Source: Octopus sinensis (lineage: Eukaryota). From it: a DNA stretch of 64,000 bases. Positions 1 to 11,149 of this stretch are shown one piece after another (within the stretch, counting starts at the first letter, position 1; each line of letters starts with the position of its first letter). The stretch lies in contig NC_043000.1 in NCBI RefSeq assembly GCF_006345805.1, positions 133,176,001 through 133,240,000 of the forward strand, in the 5' to 3' direction. The notes under the pieces were generated by a model. That model had not been told where the DNA came from, ran no database searches, and was given only the letters and a program-made list of their open reading frames with translations. The translations under genes were made by a program, and so were the position numbers.

Positions 1-213
1 GTGGTGGGGTGATAGAGTGGTTGTATACTGTCAACTTAACGTGACAGTAAGGGAATTACACCACCGCTGTTTAGCCCTAGGAAGCATCAACGCTTCCTGT
101 CAGCCTTGACACATTTCCTGTATCCTTATATATTTACGAAGGGGAGACAAATACCCCCAACAATATAAAATAATTTGTGTTTTATCATAATTTACTGTGC
201 CAGTATGTATAAA

Positions 214-880
214 TCAGTGCAATAGAACATTTGTACAGTTCTCAGTTATGAGATGGCATGTGAGTGAGAGTGGTCTTTTCATATTGTGTGTCTCAGTATG
301 TAACATGTCTGTATCAGAGAATGTCATTACAGCATCTAGCTGACCAACATGCCAGGAGAGTAATAGTGTTCTATTCATATTGTGTGGTGACAGAATGTAT
401 GTAAGACAATGTCTTTTCCATTGCATGGTCCAGCACAGTGGCTTAGCTAGTCTATATACAGCCCAGAGAAGACCTTCAGTTTGGTACCTCCCCACCCAGG
501 CCCCCCAAGTCTATACAGGATTATATAGCAGACCCAAAAGCGCCACCCTCATAAAAGCATTACCCAGAGTAAACTGCACCCTTGTCTTCCTCCAGCTATA
601 CTGGGAAGCACTATGATAATCCTTGATTATCCCTTAAAAAAATCCACAGCTTTTTATCTGATACAAACTGTCTGCAATAACATTTCTAGGTTTTCACTAT
701 TGCATTCATACAAACATGATCATATATGGCCAGTAAAACTCAATATTGTCAGTAAGCCAATATGCCAACAAACCTGTTTGAAGATTTTGTGCAAAATCTG
801 TCAAAATAAGACATCAAATTATATAAGGAAAAGACCATCACTGATGTGTGGCATAAGTACCTGAGGAGTATAGAGTAATT
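214..880 (-). mobile_element. Heavily degraded non-LTR (RTE-like) reverse-transcriptase fragment
   Basis: Broken minus-strand translation contains GGRQGCSLL and TVLDHAMEKT, resembling the RT motif GVRQGCVL...LDW; multiple stops. Confidence 0.3.
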
Positions 881-2297
881 TGTTGAAATGATCCTGTTAA
901 TGGAAGAGGCTACACCACTACATTTTAAAATCTGGTTTAATTACAAAAAATACATATAAAGAAACCTGGAGCTATTAAACAGATAATGCTAGCGTCATAG
1001 CTGAGATTAACAGTGATGTATATCTAAAGCTTAAATCCAAAATGCTTTCTCCTAATTTAATTAGTTACCTATGTCAGTCACACCAGTTAGCAATGTCTAC
1101 CAAAATGCTTGAAATCTCTATATATATAAACGACAAAATGCCTCTGTCTGTGTGTGTGTGTGTATCCTTTATACAAATCCACAATTTTTCAGTTAGAGGG
1201 TTCGCACTTTCTATGGTCATTCAAAACCATCCAAGGGTTGTCATGCACATCTTTACATTTCCCCAGTCACCCAGCAAAGGCATTAAAAAATCAATAGAAG
1301 TGACTTTTTTGTGAATTTTTTATCCAAAACCCAATCAAAATGCCCAAAACTTGATACGCCAATTGAATGCCAGCTAGCTGTATGTGATTGGTCGGAGATT
1401 TGGACAGTACTCGCGTGTATGTGCGCACACACACAACTGTATATGCATGCACTAGCACTATGACCCGGCAACGCCAGGTCATAGTACTAGTTTCTTATGC
1501 AGCAGAAACACATAAATGGTTTTCTCTTTTGTCATTAAGACAGATGGCTTATAAAGACCTATAACAGACAATTAAAGATGGAGATAACTATTAAAAATTC
1601 ATATAAACAGTGAAACTATGTAGTTACCTATTAAACTAGCTGTGGGAAGAATATCAACATATATCTTGAATTAAAACCTAATTTTGGAAAGTGTTATAAT
1701 GCGGATTTTATGATATGTATTCAGATGAAAATAACTTGGCTCATTGGTTATTTATGCAGCCTATTCTTGAAAATGGTGAAATGATTTTGTCAACAGAACT
1801 GGTTTATAAATCTGTAATACTTGGTTACAAAAAACTAATCATAAACTTATTACATACACATCAGGTGGGTCGATGCCAATTGTTGGCTACCTGACTACTT
1901 GGTACGTAGGCGAGACGAGGTAACTTTTGAGATATGAAGGTATTTGCCAGTATATCTCCCATGCAAATGCCTGTATTTCCTTGAGATTTAAAGGTATTTG
2001 CATGGGAGGAAGTTGTTATACATCACCATTTAGATGTGTGTGACTTGAAAATGAAAAATAGGAAGAAAGCTCTCAACAAATGAAATACCAACCATAGCTG
2101 AAGATGTGGGTATTGAAAGAGTTGATTGTGAGGGAGGCTCTGTGAGAGAAACTGTGTATGGTTGAGGATGATATGGTTGAAACTGGTTGGAAGCCACTGA
2201 AAGGTAGTTTGTTAGAAGCTATTGGTGATGCACAAATGAAGATAAATTACAAAGACAATTCAAAATGTGGTTATTGAATAATGAAAGTGGAGAAAGG

Positions 2298-2479
2298 CCC
2301 CAGTGGCATGTAAAAGCACCCACTACACTTCGGGGTGGTTGGCGTTAGGAAGCACATCCAGCTGTAGAAACTCTGCCAGATCAGATTGGAGCCTGGTGCA
2401 GCCATCTGGTTCGCCAGACCTCAGTCAAATCGTCCAACCCATGCTAGCATGGAAAGCAGATGTTAAACGATGATGATGA
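2298..2479 (+). mobile_element. Family C repeat (RTE 3'-end derived), 5'-truncated
   Basis: gcacccactacac...ttaggaagcacatccagctgtagaaac...catgctagcatggaaag...(GAT)n tail, shared with many copies in the window. Confidence 0.85.
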
Positions 2480-2633
2480 GAGAGAATAGATGAGAAAAGG
2501 AAGAGGTTCAGAGAATGGCTGAGAGTGAGGAATATGGTAACCAAAGAAGCAGTGCATGGAAGATACAAAGCAGCCAAGAGGCACATACAAAAGCATTTAG
2601 AGATTGTATAGATTCAGAGGAGAATAGGAGTGT

Positions 2634-2863
2634 TTAACCCTTTTGTTACCATATTTCTGTTGAAATACACTGCCTTGGTTTCAACTGATTTTGAAAATAA
2701 CAAAGAATTTATTAAAATAATTTTATCATCATTAACCTGGTGTTTGTTACATAAATTAACAAGAAATTTTGTGGGAAGGTTTTAATTTAGCTTACTTTAA
2801 AGCAGGAAGTTTGTATCATAGAACCAAGGGAAGTTTCAGGCAGTTTGGTATCAGAAAGGTTAA
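2634..2863. mobile_element. TTAA-flanked piggyBac-like MITE
   Basis: TTAA|CCCTTTTGTTACC...GGTATCAGAAAGG|TTAA: 13-bp imperfect TIR with TTAA at 2634-2637 and 2860-2863; related copies at 36052 and 59234. Confidence 0.75.
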
Positions 2864-2934
2864 GACTGCAAAGCAATTAGCTAAAGAGAGATGTGATGTG
2901 ACAGTGATGGAGTACAGATGAGTACTCCATCACT

Positions 2935-3278
2935 AATAGATGCATTCCATCCTCTGTTCATAAAGAACTGTTTTAACTGATTTTTCCACCACTTTTGAAA
3001 TGAATGACCTCTGCTCCTCAAAGTACACTAGTATTGTAGCGCCACTGCTCAGGCAACTCCATCCCACTCACCTCTCCACTTTTTGTCAACCTTAATGCAG
3101 CCAAACACCCTTTTCTTGCCCTAATCTCTATGCCCAATCCTTTGTTCCTAGAACATCATCCTTCTGGAATTTCCTCCCTCCTTATGTCTTTCCTGCAAAT
3201 GTTGACCTGCAACAGTTTAAACAGAACATTAACAGTATTAATTTTACCAGCTTCATGAGCGCTGCTCTTCCCTTCTAA
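2935..3278 (+). mobile_element. L2/Crack-like LINE ORF2 C-terminal remnant
   Basis: Translates NLYAQSFVPRTSSFWNFLPPYVFPANVDLQQFKQNIN, matching the SF.PRT..LWN.LP..VFP....FK C-terminal motif of this group. Confidence 0.65.
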
Positions 3279-3631
3279 CTTAGCAAGTGAAAAAGAAAAG
3301 GAGATTTCACCAGGAGTGTCTAAGGTGTAGATTGAACATCAGTTGAAAACCTTTTACACCTGAACACAGAAGTGCAGGAAAAAGCAGGTTGTCTCAGTAT
3401 GGAAGTTCACCTCATTAAGTACCGTTTGTAATGGATTGGTCATGTCATTAAGCTTTTGATTTCAGGCTTCCAAAGTGATTATTTTATGGCAATGTAGTTC
3501 TATGTAAGCATCAAGAATGAGATTTTGTAATGCTACAAAGGCAAAGCAGGACTACTGTTAGAGTGATATCTTAAATTGTTGAACATTTTTGCTGTACATA
3601 GGGAACATATTGTACTGAATAGAAATAAAAA

Positions 3632-3862
3632 GGCGGCGAGCTGGCAGAAACGTTAGCACGCCAGGCGAAATGTTTATCAGTATTTCGTCTGCCGCTACAT
3701 TCTGAGTTCAAATTCTGCCAAGGTTGACTTTGCCTTTCATCCAATTGGGGTCGATTAAATAAGTACCAGTCATGCACTGGAGTCAATATAATTGACTTAA
3801 TCCATTTGTCTGTCCTTGTTTGTCTCCTCCGTGTGTAGCCCCTTGTGGGCAGTAAAGAAATA
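3632..3862 (+). mobile_element. SINE family A (tRNA-like head, GCCTTTCATCC...GGGGTCGAT...AAGTACCAG core resembling the Meta/MESC domain)
   Basis: Full-length match to other copies; AGAAATAAA on both flanks (TSD-like). Confidence 0.9.
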
Positions 3863-4914
3863 AGAAATAAATGGTAGCCTATAATACTGTAACTAGCAGT
3901 TTTCAGAAAATCCTGGTTTACCATTAAATATTGAAATGTAATATCAGAAAACTGCAGGATATCAAAGTTCTGAATCGTAGAGAGTCAAGAGATAATCTCA
4001 CCTGGTTGCATTACACTTTCAAAAAATGGACATGTCATCCATGAAAGGCCACATATCAGGAGACCAGCATAAGAAGATTATATGTGTACAGTTATAACCA
4101 CACTTATGGAACACAGCTGTTCCTTTTGTCTAAGTGATGCTCATCTACTGATGAGCTGAAAATGCATTTTGGACAAATGCACAAGGGCAGAGCAGGACTA
4201 CTGTTAGAGTGATATGTTGACCAAACTATTCACTAAATTTGTCATAAAAAATTTAAAACAAAATCGGGGTTAGTTAGTCATCTGAGACTCCATGGCAGAA
4301 ATGCTACCAAACCTGTTACAAGTATGCATGAGCTATGAAAAGGGAATTATACACAGTCAATGGTAATCATATATAAACATACATACACACACATATTTTT
4401 TTAAAGCTAGAATTTATTGTATTCTTTCTTTAAATTTTAAATTTTAGTTTCGACTTTGTTAACTGAAGTAACTTTAGGACATGCAGTATTATTTTTCTTT
4501 TAATAGAAAAGAAAGGGCACAGTCGAGAAGAGTAATCGAAGACTGAACCCAAGTCGTAGACACAGACCATTATTCTACACCACACATCATCAACGAATCT
4601 CTATGTAGTCGCCCGACTGGCTAGAAATAGCAGCATGATCTGCCTTAAATCACACTCTACTTACTCATTTAAACAGCAAAACAGACTGGACGACTGAATG
4701 AAATATGAAATGATCGCGACGAACATACCAACAATCTACGGTGCTCACATACATATTTATTATACACAAAGAAAGTGGCATTTTTTAATCTTTTTCTCTT
4801 TGTTACGGAATTCACATTGTTACAGTCATGTGAAACACAGAAAGACGTCACAGAAATACAATATTTTCAATACATTGTTACTATATTGAAATCCACGTTC
4901 GTATGTGTGCGTGC

Positions 4915-4959
<45 letters not shown>

Positions 4960-6871
4960 TTACATGAGTTCAAGGCCACGCATTTTGCAGCTGAGTAGAG
5001 CTGATCGAATCGTCTTCAATGCAATTGGTTATTCTAACAATTTTGGAAATGTAAAAGAGTCGACCTCGACGGAATTTGAATTTTAAATATACAAACGTAG
5101 TTAAATACTTTGAAGCATTTAGTCCGGTGCTTTACAAATTATATGCTCGAACTTACATGCACATAAACAAATATGCACATACATTTTATTCAAGAATAGA
5201 TACACGATTACACAACAGCTACAGAAGAACACACACCGAATTTAAATAAGGTAAATACACACAGGTAGACTTATAAATTAATAGAAATATTTTCAGTGTT
5301 TCAAATTCATTCCCTTTTAAATGTTTATAACAAAGAAATTATAAAACTTTGTCGTATAATTCAACTGTAGCTTTCTTTTCTTTTTTTTTTTGTTCCAAAC
5401 CAAACATAGATCACTCTTAGTAAACAAGATTACATTCCAAATAACAATTGTCATGGCACTTGAGAAATTTTTTTTAGCTTTCTATCAAAAACAAATGAAT
5501 GAAGAATGCTGTATTATGTCAAGAACCTGTTTTATGGGGACAGAATACGCACATGCACATATATTTATTTTCATATATATATACGAGTCTGTATTTATAA
5601 AATGTATATCATACACATAAACATGTACACAATAAATTGAAAATATATACATACATATAAACCGCATGTATAAACATCTCTCTCTCTCTTTCTCTTTCTG
5701 TCCCTCTTTCTTTCTCTCTCTCTCAATCTGTCTATCTATCCGGCTGTGTGGACCCCAAAAGTCCTAATTTAATTATCTTTGTCGCAAGTTTCTTGCATTG
5801 CCTTTATTTTTTTCATTTGTATTTATACATGCATATATATATACAATATGTACAAACATGCATACATGTATGAATATGTGTGTTTGCATGAAAATTATAT
5901 CAACTTTCTCTCTAATAAGTGTTCTTTTTTCTAACATACGAACCATGCTCGGACAATTATGTGTGTGTGTGTGTGTAACACGATTCTGTTCATGTTTGGT
6001 CTTTTTTACGGAATATTTTTCATATCTCCTTATCAGTGATCTAAGTTAGGTTTGGAACAATAATGTTCCAAAATCCATTGGTCTGACCTTTCAAGACTTT
6101 CACTCTCTCATTTTCAAAATAAAGGTCCAAATAAAGAAGCACGAAAAAGTTTTTTAGAAAAAAATAAATCAAACAAAGACAGTCGTGTTTTTAATATAAC
6201 TTGTTTGCAAGAAAAGCTGTTCCTGATTCACACACACACACACACACATTCTTTCTTTAAATTTTCTGTTTTAGTTGACATTGTAAGCTAGTTAAACTAA
6301 CTTTAGGGCATGCAATCTTATTTTTCTTTAAACGGAAAAACACTTCAAGCTAAGAACATTACCTCGGTTTTCCTGCAACTGTTTACCTTTCTTGCTTCTA
6401 TATACGCTTTCGTAGTAAATTTTGCAGACAAACAAATAAAATATTTATACATATATCTAACTCATTCAATAAATTAACCGCCGCACAACTTTACAAAGTC
6501 CTTGTCATGTATGTTACACGATATATGCATACACAGATCCACCCAGCTGTTAAGTTATATTTAATATAATGTAAGGTCGATATCTCCCTTGTCCTTATAT
6601 TTTATATTGTATATTTTGGAAGCATATCTTGAGAAAACTCTGTGACAGTTTTAGATGACAGTATCTCTTCAGATATATTAAGGAGGGTCGATGCGGCCTC
6701 GGGAAGTATTTTCAGAATTACATCGACAGTGGGTGGTTAACAACTAGAGAAAAAAAAACACCCAGACACTTCACAGAACGTGATATAAACAAATACGAAG
6801 ACAGACAAACAATATTAGCTGGATAGGAAGACAAAAATAGATAAATATGGAATTAGATATAAACAACAGAC

Positions 6872-6989
6872 AGACACAGGCAGATAGATGGATAGACAGA
6901 CAGACAGACAGATAGATAGATAGATAGATAGAACCTGTTTCATAGATAGAGAGAGAGGGAGAGAGAACCTGTTTCATAGATAGATAGAC

Positions 6990-7025
<36 letters not shown>

Positions 7026-7116
7026 GGATAGATAGACGGATAGATAGATAGATAGATAGATAAATAGATAGATGGATAGATAGACGGATAGATAGATAGA
7101 TAGATAAATAGATAGG

Positions 7117-7164
<48 letters not shown>

Positions 7165-7208
7165 ACCTGTTTCATAGATAGATAGATAGAGGGAGAGAGA
7201 ACCTGTTT

Positions 7209-7277
<69 letters not shown>

Positions 7278-7283
7278 ATCGAC

Positions 7284-7316
<33 letters not shown>
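6872..7316. repeat. (GATA)n/(GACA)n microsatellite with interspersed GAACCTGTTT motifs
   Basis: Direct reading; source of the spurious YLSI-rich ORF. Confidence 0.95.
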
Positions 7317-7649
7317 TGCAACAGCAAGAGTGATGGCAAATGCGACTGTTATTGATAGAATTAGGGGGTGGGTATTTGTAGATGTATATATATCGATGTT
7401 GTTATCATCGATGGTCATTTCGTTATTTCACTGTTTGCTGCGGTTTTTCATTGTTTATGTTGCAAACTGAATGTTATCGATGTTTACAGCCGATCGTTAA
7501 TGACGTTAAGGGCTATCACCGCTATTTTTAGCTTTATCTGTTACAGCAATCATTTATTGCTGCTGATGGTGATGGTGGTAGAAGTGGTGTTATCCGAGAA
7601 GCGTGTAAAGCTTTGCTTATTGTTAGAGTCGTTCGTGTTGTTGTTTTGC

Positions 7650-8402
7650 CCTGGGTCAATTGTGATCAAGCAGACCTAGAATGAAAAGCATTCTGGCCTT
7701 GACTTTATGCTGGCTTTTTAAGGGATATTTTCGACTATTATGACATTTCCTTTTCTCCAACAGAGCAAAGTATGGTTTGGGGTAGAACAGTCTTAAAAGC
7801 ATTAAGTGTTCCGCCCCAAGCAAAGCGATGTACTGGGGTACTACATATATAAACACAGCATACATAGATTAACATTGAGCCCTGAGACTCGTGACCTCCT
7901 GAGCAATTGCTCAGTGTGGCCATATCTTAAGCGATGTACTGGGGTACTACATTTTTAAACACAGCATACATAGATTAACATTGAGCCCTGAGACTCGTGA
8001 CCGCCTGAGCAATTGCTCAGTGTGGCCATATCTTAAGCGATGTACTGGGGTACTACATTTTTAAACACAGCATACATAGATTAACATTGAGCCCTGAGAT
8101 TCGTGACCTCCTGAGCAATTGCTCAGTGTGGCCATATCTTAAGCGATGTACTGGGGTACTACATTTTTAAACACAGCATACATAGATTAACATTGAGCCC
8201 TGAGACTCGTGACCGCCTGAGCAATTGCTCAGTGTGGCCATATCTTAAGCGATGTACTGGGGTACTGCATATATAAACACTGCATACATAGATTAACATT
8301 GAGCCCTGAGACTCGTGACCTCCTGAGCAATTGCTCTCAGTGTGGCCATACCTTAAGACAGCAGTGGTATGAGGGAGAAATTAGTTGCTGTTTCTAGCAA
8401 TT
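7650..8402 (+). repeat. Short interspersed repeat (family F) split by a TTAA-bounded insertion
   Basis: Left part tgatcaagcagacct...ttttTTAA (7718-7721) and right part TTAAgacagcagtgg...gctgtttctagc rejoin into the pattern of the intact copy at 8560-8720. Confidence 0.6.
7825..8356. repeat. Tandem array of 5 x 106-bp units
   Basis: Units start at 7825, 7931, 8037, 8143 and 8249; each ends in TTAA; units 1-4 contain the 16-bp palindrome CTGAGCAATTGCTCAG, broken by a 2-nt insertion in unit 5. Confidence 0.97.
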
Positions 8403-8559
8403 CGGATGTAGTGTGCTACAACGTAACAATGCTATTCAGTGAATGTTATTCTAAATACCAACACCGACATGCTACCCAATATTTAGCTGTTTATTGTTTC
8501 TTTCTTCTGTGTCCTGTCTAACATAACGTGGAAGTATGAAGATCAGCACACTGTTGTTT

Positions 8560-8720
8560 AGATCCAAGTCAGTCTTGATCAAGCAGACCTACGACAAAAG
8601 CCTTCCAGCTATGACTGCTCCGCCTTTTGTATAATTAAGATGATGTTATCTAATGTAACCTTCCTCTTTTTAAGACAGTACGGATACGATTTTAAAATAT
8701 TTGGTTGCTATTTCTAGTTA
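8560..8720 (+). repeat. Family F short interspersed repeat
   Basis: gatccaagtcagtcttgatcaagcagacct...ttggttgctatttctag; further copies at 11150-12705, 31395-31580 and 49550-49730. Confidence 0.7.
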
Positions 8721-8836
8721 GGCAAGTGGCTTAAGTGCGAAAAAGAAATCTGCTTAGAGGGTGCAGACCCAGATCCAAAATTTTTTACAAACAAGGTCGA
8801 TCTTTTCAATTTTAATATCAAAATAAACACGGGTGC

Positions 8837-8880
<44 letters not shown>

Positions 8881-8893
8881 TGATGATAATAAT

Positions 8894-9352
8894 AGGGCTA
8901 CAGCAAATATTCTGCTCAATACCACAGATTTGCTTGTCAGTTGTTTGACCTTAACCAGTTGAGCATGTCCCTTAGTGGCTGACGATATGTGCATCTCTGA
9001 TCACGAGCAGAAGTAGTGGAGGAGCATCATAGCCATGTGTTGAGAAGGATTCTTTGAGGTTTGAATAATTCACCTCTGGAAACATGGGTGTTTCGTTCAA
9101 CGTCCTTAAACAACCCTTATTCAGGGACCTTTTGAGCGGGATGGGTTACTCGATCTGAAGAAAATTCTAACTGGGTTCCACCTGCAAGGTCATGTGCTGT
9201 TTATCTTGATATGAGATCACCATGTCGCGCACATATGGTTGTGATGCATGTGCCTGGTGTACCCTTATCAGACGGGTAGTCATGATGGGTATACTGGGCT
9301 TCGTATATTTTATCCCAGTGTCACTTAGATGGCATGCTCTGCTCGCTCACTC
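8894..9352 (+). mobile_element. ~460-bp interspersed element embedded in (AAT)n, probably a non-autonomous retroelement
   Basis: Complex sequence bounded on both sides by AAT repeats (8838-8893 and 9353-9369); no ORF. Confidence 0.55.
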
Positions 9353-9369
9353 AATAATAATAATAATAA

Positions 9370-9713
9370 AAGACTAAAACAATACCTGTTGTCATAGGTG
9401 CCCGAGGAATTATAGCAAAAGGGGCTGATTCCTACCTAGCTCAGATACCAGGAAACCCCAAAATGGCAGAAATTCAAAAGATAGTGCTCATGGGAACTAC
9501 CCATATCCTACGTAAAACATTGTCTATGTAATCTCAAATTTTAAAACAAACTTATAATTTTCTTATGCTTTCTTAAACATTCTCTAGAACAATACAATGT
9601 GCAAAACCAAATATATGACACCTTAGGCATAACACCAACTTGAATTTATTGTCTCTTGAGGTCTCTGGGTGAGACTTGGAGTTAACTTGTACAAATACAA
9701 AGCAAAAGTCAAA
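9370..9713 (+). mobile_element. 5'-truncated R4/Dong-clade non-LTR retrotransposon 3' end
   Basis: 9370-9531 reads KTKTIPVVIGARGIIAKGADSYLAQIPGNPKMAEIQKIVLMGTTHILRKTLSM*, matching the V.PIVIGALG...LQK..LLGTAHILR C-terminus of R4/Dong; starts directly after (TAA)n. Confidence 0.75.
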
Positions 9714-10091
9714 CTCTTTTACTTGTTTCAGTCATTTGACTGCGGCCATGCTGGAGCACCGCCTTTAGTCGAGCAAATCGACCCCGGGACTTATTCTTTG
9801 TAAGTCCAGTACTTTATCGGTCTCTTTTGCCGAACCGCTAAGTAACGGGGACGTAAACACACCAGCATCAGTTGTCAAGCAATGCTAGGGGGACAAACAC
9901 AGACACACAAACACACACACACATACATATATATATACATATATACGACAGGCTTCTTTCAGTTTCCGTCTACCAAATCCACTCTTTGGTCGGCCCGGGA
10001 CTATAGCAGAAGACACTTGCCCAAGATGCCACGCAGAGGGACTGAACCCGGGACCATGTGGTTGGTTAGCAAGCTACTTACCACACAGCCA
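9714..10091 (-). mobile_element. SINE family B (tRNA-like A/B boxes, internal (TG)n)
   Basis: Reverse complement of gtggctgtgtggtaagtagc...ggttcagtccc...gactgaaacaagtaaaagag. Confidence 0.9.
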
Positions 10092-10845
10092 CAATAATAA
10101 TAATAATAATTTCATTTATTTGCCACAAGGGCGAAGGATGGGGGGGGGCAATATAAAGACAGACAAAGTGTCGGGGTTTACATATAATAAAATGATTTTT
10201 AAAAAAGTAAAGAAAGTATACAGTGAAAAAGAAGGGACATAGGATCTTTTCGAAAATAAGAAATTAAAGAGGAAATAGCTTACAAAACTACAGAATTTTC
10301 TCAAGAAAGCCAAGAGAAAAAGATGTTTTATAAACACATTCTACCAGTATACGAAGTTTAAAAGTGTTTAGTTACAAAGAAATTATTATAAAAATCTGCC
10401 GGTCAAAGCGAAAAGATCCGGGACATATGCATAGCATACAAAGGTTTAAAAAAAAGGTGACGGATGATAGAGATGTGGCATTCTTGATACAGGAAGACCT
10501 CTAAGGATAATCGAGGTATCCCACTGTCCGAGGTTTCCGTGAAACTCCGGGAGCAAGTGCCCTCTCCAATTCCTTCTCTCCGACTCACAGGTCTACACTT
10601 TGAGAAGTACCATCCACTCTTTCCATTTTCGCAACTTCCACCCACCTTTCAAGAAACTCACTCGAAGACAGCACTTCCCTCTCTATTCTCAATTTCCTTT
10701 TCAAGTGAAACTTGAAGAAGTCAATGAGAGCTCTACCAAAGAGGAATGTATCTGTTCTCATACCTTTCAGCCTTGTCCACCTAACAACCTCTTTCGCTAC
10801 ATGCCACCAGGCAAAGGAAAACTGCCTTCCCTGTCCAATTGAAGG
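10092..10845 (-). mobile_element. Tx1/L1-clade LINE 3' end
   Basis: Minus strand reads AKEVVRWTRLKGMRT...ALIDFFKFHLKRKLRIEREVLSSSEFLERWVEVAKM, typical of a Tx1 ORF2 C-terminus; followed by a 3' UTR and a (TTA)n tail. Confidence 0.55.
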
Positions 10846-11149
10846 AGGGCGGCAGTGCGATCATAATAATAGTATAATTATTATTATTATAATTACTGTT
10901 GTTCTTGTTGTTGTTGTTGTTGTTGTACGTAATCAAATCTAATAATGGAAAAGTAATGTTTCAAATCAGTCCAAAAATGTTTCTTCGCTCGTTCGATTTG
11001 GCAATGAAGATTTTCAGGAGGATGTTCAAATCGCTTTCATTGCCCTACAAAAATGTTAAGGGGTGCGTTTGCATCTACTACACACCCTATTTTTGGGTCT
11101 ATGTCCAGTAACCGGATAGAAGCTTCCTCACAGGTTCATAGTTATAGTT

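Larger units (their letters stand above)
1862..2905 (+). mobile_element. Degraded RTE-clade LINE fragment (end of endonuclease plus linker), interrupted by two later insertions
   Basis: Pieces translate as HHLDVCDLKMKNRKK, EDDMVETGWKPLKGSLLEA, EKRKRFREWLRV and KTAKQLAKERCDV; split by insertions at 2298-2479 and 2634-2863. Confidence 0.55.

Noticed and set aside
3571-3924. Recurrent similar ORFs (e.g. RPRKDERQS, EDTCPRCHAVGLNPEP, FLQLDALPNANH) suggesting a gene family
   Set aside because: They are chance frames through SINE families A and B and the family C repeat.
4148-4165. CTGATGAGCTGAAA as a hammerhead or C/D snoRNA box
   Set aside because: No room for stem II and no flanking stems.
6771-7418. 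215-aa YLSI-repeat ORF
   Set aside because: Translation of (GATA)n.
7825-8356. CRISPR-like array (regular repeats with palindromes)
   Set aside because: Whole 106-bp units are near-identical with no unique spacers, there are no cas genes, and the context is eukaryotic.
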